This document shows, one piece after another, positions 52,601 to 63,397 of a stretch of 64,000 bases of DNA. Made by a program: the position numbers and the translations under genes. Positions within the stretch are counted from its first letter, which is position 1. Every line of letters begins with the position of its first letter. Source of the stretch: Ophelia neglecta (lineage: Eukaryota); contig CBDIWN010000045.1 in assembly GCA_965285935.1 (NCBI GenBank), forward strand, positions 1 to 64,000, written 5' to 3'. The notes beneath the pieces are model-generated. The model was not told where the DNA came from, did no database searches, and saw nothing but the letters and a program-made list of their open reading frames with translations.

Positions 52601-55514
52601 ATATTAGTCACCTCATCGATAACAGTCAAGATTGAAAGTCATAGCTATATCTAAAGTTCACACTGTTTATAAAATCTCTTGTATTGAACCCACGGTTTTA
52701 ATAGGCCTTGTAACCTTTAATACGTAAAATAAATACGCCCACTGCCCGTCATTTAGTGACTAATGAGTGTATATTGTCATGTGACACGCCACCCGCCTGA
52801 CTCGATGGAGGTGTATACTTTATTAAAGTGTGCCTCCACTCCATCCCCCGTCCATTAACTGGACAGGTGCCGTAAGCACCCCTTACCCCCCTCCCCTCTC
52901 CCCCGACGTAACCCGCCCGGTCTTTTACATTCCTGTCATTATCGCAGGCTGCCTTGTCCAACCCCCAATCTTCTGTCTGCCATTTGTAATCAGCCTCACA
53001 GGTAGAACAGTGGGACGCTTATTAATTTAAAATCCGGCTATTTATCTTTAATTAACGCCGGGATTTCGGCCGAACACCGCCCTTGTGTTGTCCCTGTCTA
53101 GAGAGTAGGTGTGAACCCCCATCTCCGTGTGCTCGGAATGTGTCTAAGTAGCTTAAATAAACACAAGCCCAGAACCTGGATAATGGTACATACTTGATAC
53201 CTCGTAGATGGATTATATTCTGGGGCGGCCATCTTGCCAGGCCTATAATTATTATACATGTATTTATTTGAAGGGCGTAGTTCAGCGCTCAGGGTTATGG
53301 ACCTGCTCAACACCTTATCACGCCTGACGTTTTGGTGTTGACGAGTTAGTTTGCTCACGACCGGATCACACCAATGGCTTTGAGTACAAGTTAATTACAG
53401 AAAGACGAGATCGTTAAAATTATTACCTACAGTGCAGCCCGCCTCCCCGCGTATTGTAGTGGCACAGGATCTGTGCAGTTTAACCCGACTTGATCCTACC
53501 GTATTCTGATATCTCTGTGTCATGCTGCAAGATTAATAATAGACAACTTTAAAAACATCTTGTCTTAACCCTGAACATGGCTGGTTCACCCAGGCGACTG
53601 AGTCAGTATATTTATTTTCTTATTTTTGTACCTTCAACAAAGTATTTACAGTCGGTATACATGCGTAGGTCTAGTCAAGAAGGTAAAAGAGAGGTACGAA
53701 GAAAAAAATACACCAACCCATCGCTTGCGGCTATCTCGTCGCCTATATCACTTAAAAGACTTCTGAAATCAGACAGAATCACGTTCCTTAAAAACCAGGG
53801 ATTATTGGTCTCATTTTATCATGAAGACCGCCAAACATGGCCTCTCTGTCTTCGTGTTTTATCGTTCTAACATTGGGCCTAGGGCTCCTGCCGTTTAAGG
53901 CCTTGGTCCACGGTTCGAACCGCGACCCGTGTCTATTGGCGGCCACGACCTGAGCGTATTGATGTGGGTAGTGTGTGTGAGAGAGGAGGGGTGTTGTGGG
54001 GTGAGATGGGCTTAGGCGAGAACCCGGGGTCAACAGGCTTACCATCTCTATCAAAAGCTCCAGAGATCTGGTAGCAGGAGGCTTTGGGTCCACCCCGGGG
54101 GCGGATCATTTTTGTTCTCACCCTACTAGACTATATTTGTCGGGCCCTACGATACTGGGGGAGCCTGGCGGTTTATCCTGACCTGGCCTCAATCCGGCCG
54201 CTGCCTGGGCTATCACGACATAGAGGCCATAAGTCACTGTCAGGAGTGACACACCAAACACTCGCCTCTCTGACACGTCGCTGTCTCCGCGAGTTACTCG
54301 CGACGAGGTGGGCCTAATGAGAGTTACCCAAAATTCCATGTATGGCCTTCTGAGAACTACCCAGAATGCAAGGCACGACCTAATAAGAGTTACCCAAGAT
54401 GCAATCTATGGCCATATGAGAGTTACCAATGACTCGATAAGCATAGCAATATTAGGCTATCAGCTCGAGGACGAGAAGTTAACGAGACACCCTAGTAAGC
54501 CTATTCTATAGTAAGTCCCCGAAGAAGTCGACAAGAAAGGGTCCCTCCAAGGGTTCTCGTCAGCGAATAATGTCTACTGGCTTTTTAGGACGAGTTAGTT
54601 TTGTTATTGAATATCTTGGTAAGCGTTTTTAGCCCAAATGTGTAATATTAGAATGCAACTGATGGACATGGCGTGCATTGTAAAGATAGTCTCTCTCCCT
54701 GGCAACTGTGTGCTTCAATACGCATGCGCCATTTGAGATGGGATTAGGCCAATACATCAAGTAGACCTGATTAATGTCTGGCAGCTGTCCGCGGACCGCG
54801 GCCTTCGTGTTATTGTCCAACGAGTAATTGGTCAGATTGGTCAATCACCATAGTGGTCAGACCGCTATAGTGACCCCAGACGACTTTTGTTCAGACGCTG
54901 TGACGTGGGCGTGTGACGTACACCACGCCCTCGTTCATCTACAGCCTGCGTCAAATGAATGAAAAACAATGTTAGCTTGCGCAACTTTGACGGAGTCAAT
55001 TATTGTAATGGCCCCATTGAAGGTTGGAGAGTAAGTAGTATTTAGCCGAGAAGCGTGTTGCATGTTAACGCTAGATTATAGTCAGGGGGACTGTGGTTTC
55101 CCGTGGGATCCGAATGATTAAAGCATGCCACCTGTCTAGATGCCTTCAGTAGGTCCAAAAGAGCAAGAAAAGTTTTGGTGGCAAATTCTGAGGGGTGTAA
55201 GAGGGCGGCCATCTTGGTTTTTCAAAATGGCCGCCATTTGTATACGATTTTCACATATAACTCAGGTTGTGAACATGCTATGAGGCTAATATTGGTGGCA
55301 ATACCAATGTTTGCAACACCAAGGAGTCCAAAAAACATGGATTGACATTGCTAGGGTAAAACGGAAGGCTGGCAGCCATCTTGTTTTTCAAAATGGCCGC
55401 CATTTGAATATGTTTTTCACCTATAACTCGAGTACAGGACAAATTATGTCATTTCTAAAATAGTAAGCATGATAAATGAGAGAATTGATTCTTAAAAAAA
55501 TGATGATTATGATT

Positions 55515-55547
<33 letters not shown>

Positions 55548-55623
55548 ATGGTGGTGGTGGTAATGGTAATGACTGCATATATTGTTTTATTTTTCAGGGC
55601 TGATTGGTCTACCACAGTATAAC

Positions 55624-56110
55624 ATGGCTAACTTCGAACCCCCTTCTGCAAAAGTGCCGAGGCAAGATACTGACTTTCACCTCTGCTTCATATGCCAAAA
55701 AGACACATCCGAACGTCTAGTTGAGAAACCTTCTACCCATGGCAAAGTTTTGGAATGCATCAGAGAGCTGGCAACCTACGGCGATGGAAATTTTCCTGAA
55801 ATCAACAGGAGAGTAGGTGACGCTTCTGTAGAATCCATAGCCTCACAAGGTGCAACTTGGCATAGAAGCTGCCAACAGGACACTTGTCATTCATCAAGGC
55901 GTAAAAGGGCAAAAATACGATATGAACAGTTATTAGCACAGAGAAAACAATCTCACTCTGAGACTCTACTTGAGGGCGAAATTCTCACAATGTCTAATCT
56001 ACACCAAGCGTATGTGGATATTCGGTCAGCGAATTACGTCAAGAAGCCAGACTGTGTCCGGAAAAAGGTCAAAGATCTTATTGAAAATGAGATTCCCGGT
56101 GTAGAGTTTC
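55624..56110 (+). pseudogene. Truncated, internally deleted transposase N-terminus (left arm): MANFEPPSAK...CFICQK...WHRSC...SHS/ETLLEG...GVEFH
   Basis: ORF track 55582-56256. Lacks the segment present in the right arm and runs into the inverted copy. Confidence 0.75.
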
Positions 56111-56855
56111 ATACACCATTAGACATTGTGAGAATTTCGCCCTCAAGTAGAGTCTCTTCCACCAGACTTATAAATTCAATGTCAGCTGCAATTTCATTTG
56201 CTACATTGTCTGTTGGTGTTTCAGATGATTTACGGCGGAGAACATTGGTTACATGAGTGGTCCAACACTTGTTGTGATATCGAATATCAATAGCATGTGC
56301 ATCTTTGGGGTTTATAGCAGTGCTGAGCTTCACACGGAAGTTGTCATTGTTACTCATTTCAATGGCTGAATGAAGATGCCATCCAGCAGCATCAGTCCGT
56401 ACTTTAGATAGTGGATGGCGATAAGAACCTTCTTTCTCACAAAAGAAGCAGACATCACTGTCATATGGTTTCGACTGAGACCGTGTAAAATTGGTGGCAG
56501 CAGGCAAAGGAATTGGTGCAGAGTGAGATTGTTTTCTCTGTGCTAATAACTGTTCTTATCGTATTTTTGCCCTTTTACGCCTTGATGAATGACAAGTGTC
56601 CTGTTGGCAGCTTCTATGCCAAGTTGCACCTTGTGAGGCTATGGATTCTACAGAAGCGTCACCTACTCTCCTGTTGATTTCAGGAAAATTTCCATCGCCG
56701 TAGGTTGCCAGCTCTCTGATGCATTCCAAAACTTTGCCATGGGTAGAAGGTTTCTCAACTAGACGTTCGGATGTGTCTTTTTGGCATATGAAGCAGAGGT
56801 GAAAGTCAGTATCTTGCCTCGGCACTTTTGCAGAAGGGGGTTCGAAGTTAGCCAT
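56109..56855 (-). pseudogene. Truncated transposase N-terminus (right arm) with one premature stop (TAT>TAA at 56556-58); CxxC...WHxxC and CFFC...DAHAIDIRYHNKC modules
   Basis: ORFs 56556-56897 and 56109-56507 are in one frame, separated by a single TAA where the left arm has TAT. Confidence 0.78.
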
Positions 56856-56917
56856 GTTATACTGTGGTAGACCAATCAGCCCTGAAAAATAAAACAATAT
56901 ATGCAGTCATTACCATT

Positions 56918-56970
<53 letters not shown>

Positions 56971-57421
56971 AATCATCATTTTTTTAAGAATCAATTCTCT
57001 CATTTATCATGCTTACTATTTTAGAAATGACATAATTTGTCCTGTACTCGAGTTATAGGTGAAAAACATATTCAAATGGCGGCCATTTTGAAAAACAAGA
57101 TGGCTGCCAGCCTTCCGTTTTACCCTAGCAATGTCAATCCATGTTTTTTGGACTCCTTGGTGTTGCAAACATTGGTATTGCCACCAATATTAGCCTCATA
57201 GCATGTTCACAACCTGAGTTATATGTGAAAATCGTATACAAATGGCGGCCATTTTGAAAAACCAAGATGGCCGCCCTCTTACACCCCTCAGAATTTGCCA
57301 CCAAAACTTTTCTTGCTCTTTGGGACCTACTGAAGGTATCTAAATAGGTGGCATGCTTTAATCATTCGGATCTCACGGGAAATCATATTGAACCACAGTC
57401 CCCCTGACTATTATAGGCTCT

Positions 57422-57592
57422 TGTAAACCTTGGAATTGAGACCACTCAAGGGACTGGAAAGTGGTGGTCAAACTTTGGAGGTGGTCTGTTTGGTCAGGTT
57501 ATTTCACCTTGAAGGTACTCAGTATGCTTTTCATATTGGTGGTCTGAATTGACAAGTGACCCGGATCTAGAGGTGGTCTTTACGGCAGGTCA
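57422..57592. mobile_element. MITE family A, degenerate copy
   Basis: Family interior (gagaccactcaagggactgg...gaggtggtcttta). Confidence 0.65.
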
Positions 57593-58939
57593 CATGTCGA
57601 TGGGTTTCTGCCTGAAATCCATGAACAATTGATGGCAAGCAATATTAGAGGTGTGCAAGGGTTAACAATTTATCCAGCTAGGCAAAGTGGTTCTCTTATT
57701 TTCCTGTGCACCTACATTATTACATTGCTGTAATTTCAGACCACCTCTTTATTCGGGCCACACATCTAAAGACCACACTGTATACCTTAAATGTAAAATC
57801 TGTCTAAAAACACCACCTTCAAAAGCAGACCAGTATTTAGCAGTCCCTAAGATGGTCTTAATTTCAAAGTTTCTCTCTGTCTCTAAAACCTAGCGAGCTA
57901 ATGAAATAAGCTTGCCCAAGGAACTGACTCTAAGCGTGACCATCCATGTTATATACCCCAATTAGAGACCCATGTTGGGGCAAACCTACTCGATGAGTCC
58001 ACTATGACGTAGGGATTAAAACGACAAGTCTGACTGCCCTTGAACGCAAATCCCACGTATATTGCGTCGCAGCCTTTTTACCCCTAGTTTTCGTGGCTCA
58101 AACCGCGTACTTATTTCGTGATTCCTTTGACGTATGCGAGTACTCGCGGGTGTACGAAGAAACTCGAGTTCGAATCAACAAATTATTCACACGAAGTAAA
58201 CAGTAATTTTCTCCGGTGACAAGTGGTCTCGTTCAACTGATTCGAGAGGCTGCGAGATTGGAAAAACGCCAAAAAAATAACTTTATAGCTTTGAACAGTT
58301 AGCTATCGCTTATTCAGCAAGGTAGGCCTAATATAGTCATGGGTCATATTCTCACGGTGAATCATCGAAATTAGTGTACAAACAGCACCTCAGAAAGCTT
58401 TTTATTCTTGGCTTATTGGTTATTAGGTTATTTGGAAAAACCACGTGCTACGTGTAGGCATGGTGACGTGCAGACTACGCGCCTGTTTTACCAACTAGCC
58501 GTTTGGTCGGGGTGACATGACGGTCACGTGATCGCGACTTGAAAGCCCAGGCTGTGCGCTATAAGCAGACGTAGTAGATACTGTTGTGCAATCTTCAGCA
58601 CATATTTCGTTTTTTAACAGACAGAGGAGATGCCAGGAATGATCTAAGGCTGATACTCCGTACTGTGCATACTAAACAAAGCCTTTATATCTGAGTTTTC
58701 GGCGGGATGTAAGACAAGCCATTCTGGTGAGTGGTGAGTCTGTCTCACAGGGATCTACGTATTTCTGTATCAATACACGATGTTTACCGCGCCCTACATC
58801 AATGGGTATATAATTCAAGGCTGACCACTGATTATAGATCAGAGGGCCAATGAGTATATCGAGACTGACCATAGGCTGGATATTCATACGCCTCGCACGA
58901 TATTGGATAAAGGCAATTTAGTATTTGGGTGTTAACAAG

Positions 58940-59232
58940 TATGTTTTTGTCATTGTTGATTATTTATTTGTTGTTTAGTGTTTGTATACACTTTTGGCCG
59001 TGATGTAGGTGACCCGTCTTAGGGTGTCCCAGTTACACCCAAACCTGACCCCTGTTCTCTCAGCCCGGGGGGGGGGGGGGGGTCTGTACTTACATTTGTT
59101 GTATTATTATTGTTGTTGTTTACTGTTTACTTACTTGTTTGTGTTTGTTTACAGTTTGGCCTTGGGGTGTCCCAGTTACACCTCAACCTGACCCCTGTAC
59201 TCTCAGCCCGGGGGGGGGGGGGGGGGGGGGCT
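58940..59232 (+). pseudogene. Two degenerate tandem copies of the acceptor and 5' part of the first coding exon of gene 2
   Basis: ttggccgtgatgtaggtgacccgtcttagggtgtcccagttacacccaaacctgacc resembles the real ttggccgtgatgtataaggtgacacggctcagggtgcccgagcttcacccaaacctgacc. Confidence 0.8.
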
Positions 59233-59307
59233 GTATTAACTGTCGTTGTGTTTTTGTTGATGTTGTTGTTTACTTACTTGTTTGTGTTTGTTTCCAGTTT
59301 GGCCGTG

Positions 59308-59419
59308 ATGTATAAGGTGACACGGCTCAGGGTGCCCGAGCTTCACCCAAACCTGACCTGTACTCTCTGCGGGGGGTATCTGGTGGACGCCACAACCATA
59401 GTAGAGTGTCTCCACTCAT
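59308..59419 (+). CDS. BMI1: PCGF2/4 (BMI1/Psc-like) gene 2, first coding exon ([37 protein letters not shown])
   Basis: Acceptor at 59297, ATG at 59308, gtaagt donor. Matches BMI1 '[38 protein letters not shown]'. Confidence 0.95.
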
Positions 59420-59564
59420 GTAAGTATAGTACACCATAGAAGGCCTATACCGAACAAGGTACAATAGACTCCTGTCTTGTTATACCGTGCAGTCAATAGC
59501 CCTGCTTGCTGGGCGGATTTAAACAGTGTTCAAAATTACAGATTCTGCCCTGTATAGGCCTAAT

Positions 59565-59830
59565 CTTCCCTAAAGGCCTGTTCTGTCATATAGGCCTGTT
59601 CTGTCCTATAGGCCTAGTCAGCCCTATAGGCCCAGTCAGCCTATAGTCCTAATCTGTGCTATAGCCCTAGTCATCCCTATCTGCCTAGTCAGCCCCATAG
59701 GCCTAGTCATCCCTATAGCCCAAGTCAGCCCTATAGGCCTAGTCAGCCCTATAGGCCTAGTCAGCCCTATCTGCCTAGTCAGCCCCATAGGCCTAGTCAG
59801 CCCTATAGGCCTAGTCAGCCCTATAGGCCC
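59565..59830. repeat. 18-bp tandem repeat (ataggcctagtcagccct), intronic
   Basis: Direct repeats. Confidence 0.9.
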
Positions 59831-60384
59831 ATTTCAATAATAAAACAGTATAAACATTTTTAATTCATTATGTCATCATCAAACATGGTTTTTTTTAAAG
59901 CTCTTTAGAACAATAAAAAATGAAGTGTAACAGCTCATGTAAAAATATACGGTAGGCGTTCAGTGAAATCCTTACAGTGTTGGATGGAACATTATAATAC
60001 TTGTTTAACTCTGAGAAAAAAAGGATTGTAAATTATGAGAACAGCTGTGCTATTGATGTTAGCAGACATTGTCTACAAATTAGTTAATGTATTGAAAATA
60101 TGAAGTTGTAAATATATAAAGTTGTAGACACATAGTTGGAAAAATAAGAAGTTTTAAAAATGAAGTTGTAAAAATATGAAAAAATATGTAAAAAAAAAAT
60201 GTGTAAAAAATGTGTAACTAATATAAAGTTGTAAAAATATTGTGAAAATATGAAGTTGTGAAAATTTAAATAAGTCATTAATAATAAATTATGGGTGTAT
60301 TCAAACTGCAAATATAATTTCAATAGAAACAATGTTAATTAAAAAAACATTTGTATGTTATCACGATGTTTTATTATATATATA

Positions 60385-60487
60385 CAGTGATGCCTGTGAT
60401 GTAGGGCCACCCCTAAATCCCAGGAAATGTGGCCCTACACTGCAGGTGGCCCTCCATCGGAGGGGCCCTACATCGCAGGGACCACTA
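60385..60487. mobile_element. MITE family B, short internally deleted copy
   Basis: ta|cagtgatgcctgtgatgtagggcc...ggccctacatcgcagggaccact. Confidence 0.8.
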
Positions 60488-60627
60488 TATACAGCCATTG
60501 ATGTATAAACATGTGTTTGTCTGAATATTTATTCGTCAATTCAATCGAACAATATTTGTCGCACCTGGTTATTTATTATTAAATATTTCTATAGATCTTT
60601 AAGTTTAATGTTTATGTAACCTTGCAG

Positions 60628-60724
60628 TTTGCCGATCATGTATTGTCCGATACTTCGATCTCCACAACACGTGTCCGAAGTGTAACACCCAGGTCCACAA
60701 GACCCGGCCGCTTCTCAACATCAG
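60628..60724 (+). CDS. BMI1: PCGF2/4 gene 2, RING exon ([33 protein letters not shown])
   Basis: ttgcag/gtgaga boundaries, 97 nt. Completes the C3HC4 RING; matches BMI1 '[33 protein letters not shown]'. Confidence 0.95.
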
Positions 60725-61000
60725 GTGAGATATACACTTCTCAACTTTAATAATATAAATAATACTCAACTTTATTAATATATCAGGTGAGATATACAGT
60801 ACTCAACTATTAATAATATATCAGGTGAGATATACACTTCTCAACTTTATTAATATATCAGGTGAAATATACAGTACTCAATGATTAATAATATATCAGG
60901 TGAGATATACAGTACTCAACTTTAATAATATAACAGGTGAGATATACAGTACTCAACTTTAATAATATATCAGGTGAAATATGCAGTTCTCAATGATTAA
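60718..61000 (+). repeat. ~37-bp tandem repeat containing the splice donor (atatatcaggtgagatatacagtactcaactttaata)
   Basis: caggtga at 60722, 60784, 60822, 60859, 60897, 60934 and 60971. Confidence 0.9.
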
Positions 61001-61015
61001 ACCAATTATCGGTCA

Positions 61016-61175
61016 GATTAGCCTCGATCTGGGATCTGATTAGCCTCATCTGGGATCTGATTAGCCTCATCTGATAAGCCTCGATCTGGGATCTGATTAG
61101 CCTCGATCTGGGATCTGATGAGCCTCAATCTGGGATCTGATTAGCCTCGATCTGGGATCTGATTAGCCTCAATCC
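61016..61175. repeat. ~22-bp tandem repeat (gattagcctcgatctgggatct)
   Basis: Direct repeats. Confidence 0.9.
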
Positions 61176-61998
61176 GGAATATGAATTGAGCTGAAGTCCT
61201 GTTCTGGTTGCCCGGGAAGGGACAAACCCTACACCAGAGCCGCCAGTCGGGGTCGAAGAGAACTTAACTCTCGTTATAGATATTGATCCCCTGACACAGG
61301 CAGGCTCCAGACAAACACTCTTAGTCATTCTCCATCATGCAACAATCTCGATTGCAATAAATCGGAACCGCGCAGTTTCTTATCAACAGAATAACTTGTT
61401 AAGAAATGCCTTTAAGGACACGTACATGGGATTTTTAGATTCCCATCGTGTCTGTATACGATAGGGTATAAACGCTGTCATGTCAGGATGTGTATAATCC
61501 TTCCCATCGTGTCTATATACGGTGGAGGTAAGGGCACTGCCATGTCGTGTGCGCTGCTCATGTTGGTGCCCTAAGCTTTGGAGCCGCCTTGATGTAAAAC
61601 GAGCTCGATGACCTTCAAGTATATAGCACTGGTTCAGGAAATGGACATGTTGTTTTGTAAAGAACCATCTCTTTTGATGGATTCGCTCCTTTTAAAAACC
61701 GCACGGCCTTAAACAAAAACAGAAGACTGTTTGTTTTACGTTTGTATAGAACCAGCGTCACCTGTTTGGCTGACTGGGCTGTGTGTCGGAATCCGGAATA
61801 TTCCTAGTTTAGAAATGGAGGGCAAGAGCTTGATTTTCCACTCATTCTTCTTGGGGTAGAATGTCCGCCCTCCCCTTTGGCGGGACACTTTGTGGGGGCC
61901 CTAATTAACCATACCTTGATCGTTTAACGAGAAGTGATGTTTGCTCTCCGTCTTTACCTTTGTTGACATGACAACTGACTGGTGTTTATTTATTCCAG

Positions 61999-62054
61999 AC
62001 CGGACAAAACGCTTCAGGACTTGGTCTACAAGCTAATACCGGGGCTCTTCAAAG
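61999..62054 (+). CDS. BMI1: PCGF2/4 gene 2, exon (PDKTLQDLVYKLIPGLFK)
   Basis: ttccag/gtaggt boundaries, 56 nt. Matches BMI1 'SDKTLQDIVYKLVPGLFK'. Confidence 0.95.
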
Positions 62055-62734
62055 GTAGGTCCACTCTCGATTGTTGTGTAAACCGATTGCCCGATTAGTA
62101 TAGACATTACGTCAGTCACGTGACACTCAGCCCACCTCCTTGGCACCAATTAAACGAGACAGTTTAAACGACCGCTACAATGAAGTGGAATTAACGTTAA
62201 ATATGGTTGATGTCATTTTCAAAGGGAGCCAAGTACCCCTGGTAGGCAGCCCCCCCCCCCTCCCCTGCCGGACAACGCACCCCTGACTCCTCTCTCTCCA
62301 CCACAATACTCAGATATAATAACTGAGGCAGTAGACTTTGCATAAGATCTAAAGTAAAATAAAGTCTAACGACAAATAAAATATTCCTTTTTTGCTTGGC
62401 AAACAACCTTTCCTCGCCCCTGTCCCTCCCACCGCCTTTCGGGTCTCGCCCCTCCCAGCCTCACAGCTTAACCCCCCCCCCCCCTAGCACCCATCGCCTT
62501 CCGCGCCTCACCCCCTCCCACCGCCTTCCGGGTCTCACCCCTCCCTGCCTCACGGCTTTAACCCTCCCCCCCCCCGCACCCACCGCGTTCCGCCTCACCC
62601 CCTCCCCCAGCCCGACGGATTTAACCCTCCCTCCCCCCGCACCCACCGCCTTCCTCGCCCCTCCCTCTCCCACCGCATTCCTCGCCCCTCCCTCTCCCAG
62701 CCCGACGGATTTAACCCTTTGCCTTATATTTCAG

Positions 62735-62782
62735 AGGAGATGAGACGAAGACGGGCGTATTATAAAGACAACCCCGAAGCCA
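62735..62782 (+). CDS. BMI1: PCGF2/4 gene 2, exon (EEMRRRRAYYKDNPEA); the gene presumably continues beyond the window
   Basis: tttcag/gtaagt boundaries, 48 nt. Matches BMI1 'NEMKRRRDFYAAHP'. Confidence 0.92.
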
Positions 62783-62883
62783 GTAAGTATTCTTACCTAA
62801 TATCTTTCTCCGTGATTTGTGCCTGTCACTTCAGACAGTCTGGGTCTGTTGGACACGTGACCACAGGCTCCCTAGTATAGTTA

Positions 62884-63057
62884 CAGTGAAACCTGCCATA
62901 AAGACCACCTCTATATTAAGACCACCTGTCAATTCAGACCACTCATATGAATACCATACTGTACACTATCAATGTAGAAAAACCGTGTAAACAGACCACC
63001 TCTGATGAGACCAGTAATTTTCAGTCCCTCGGGTGGTCTCAATTCACAGGTTTCACT
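62884..63057. mobile_element. MITE family A
   Basis: ta|cagtgaaacctg...caggtttcact. Confidence 0.88.
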
Positions 63058-63397
63058 TTATTTCCGCCCCTTCTGCAACACAAGATTCTACTGTTGGGCT
63101 AAAATCTCTACTCTTGCCCAAGAATTTTCTCGGACAGGAAAATTTCCCGCGTTCTTTTTCATCGTCTGTCACTGACATGGAATTACTAGCTTGGCTAAAA
63201 TCGGGCTAGAGGGCGCTACTGTCTATGGCCTATAAACCCGGAGTATATCGCAGTGTTATTACACACTAGCATTTCTCTCATTAATTGGAGCAAGTTAGTG
63301 TAGGGGAAATTACGGGCTGCTAGAGTCGGGGCCTGGAACAGAACACAGATATCATGCAGCCCTTTTTTTTGCGATCGGTTCCTTTTCTCGACTTTCC

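Larger units (their letters stand above)
55079..57410. mobile_element. Fold-back DNA transposon derivative (probably Academ superfamily): two transposase 5' halves joined tail-to-tail
   Basis: Termini TAGTCAGGGGGACTGTGGTT...AACCACAGTCCCCCTGACTA; TTA on both flanks (55076-78, 57411-13). Near-identical inverted arms of ~880 bp (55079-55960 / 56519-57410) contain the ORF start. Confidence 0.85.

Noticed and set aside
55421-57058. Twin 64-aa poly-Ile ORFs (55421-55615 and 56864-57058)
   Set aside because: Translation of an (ATC)n microsatellite within the inverted arms.
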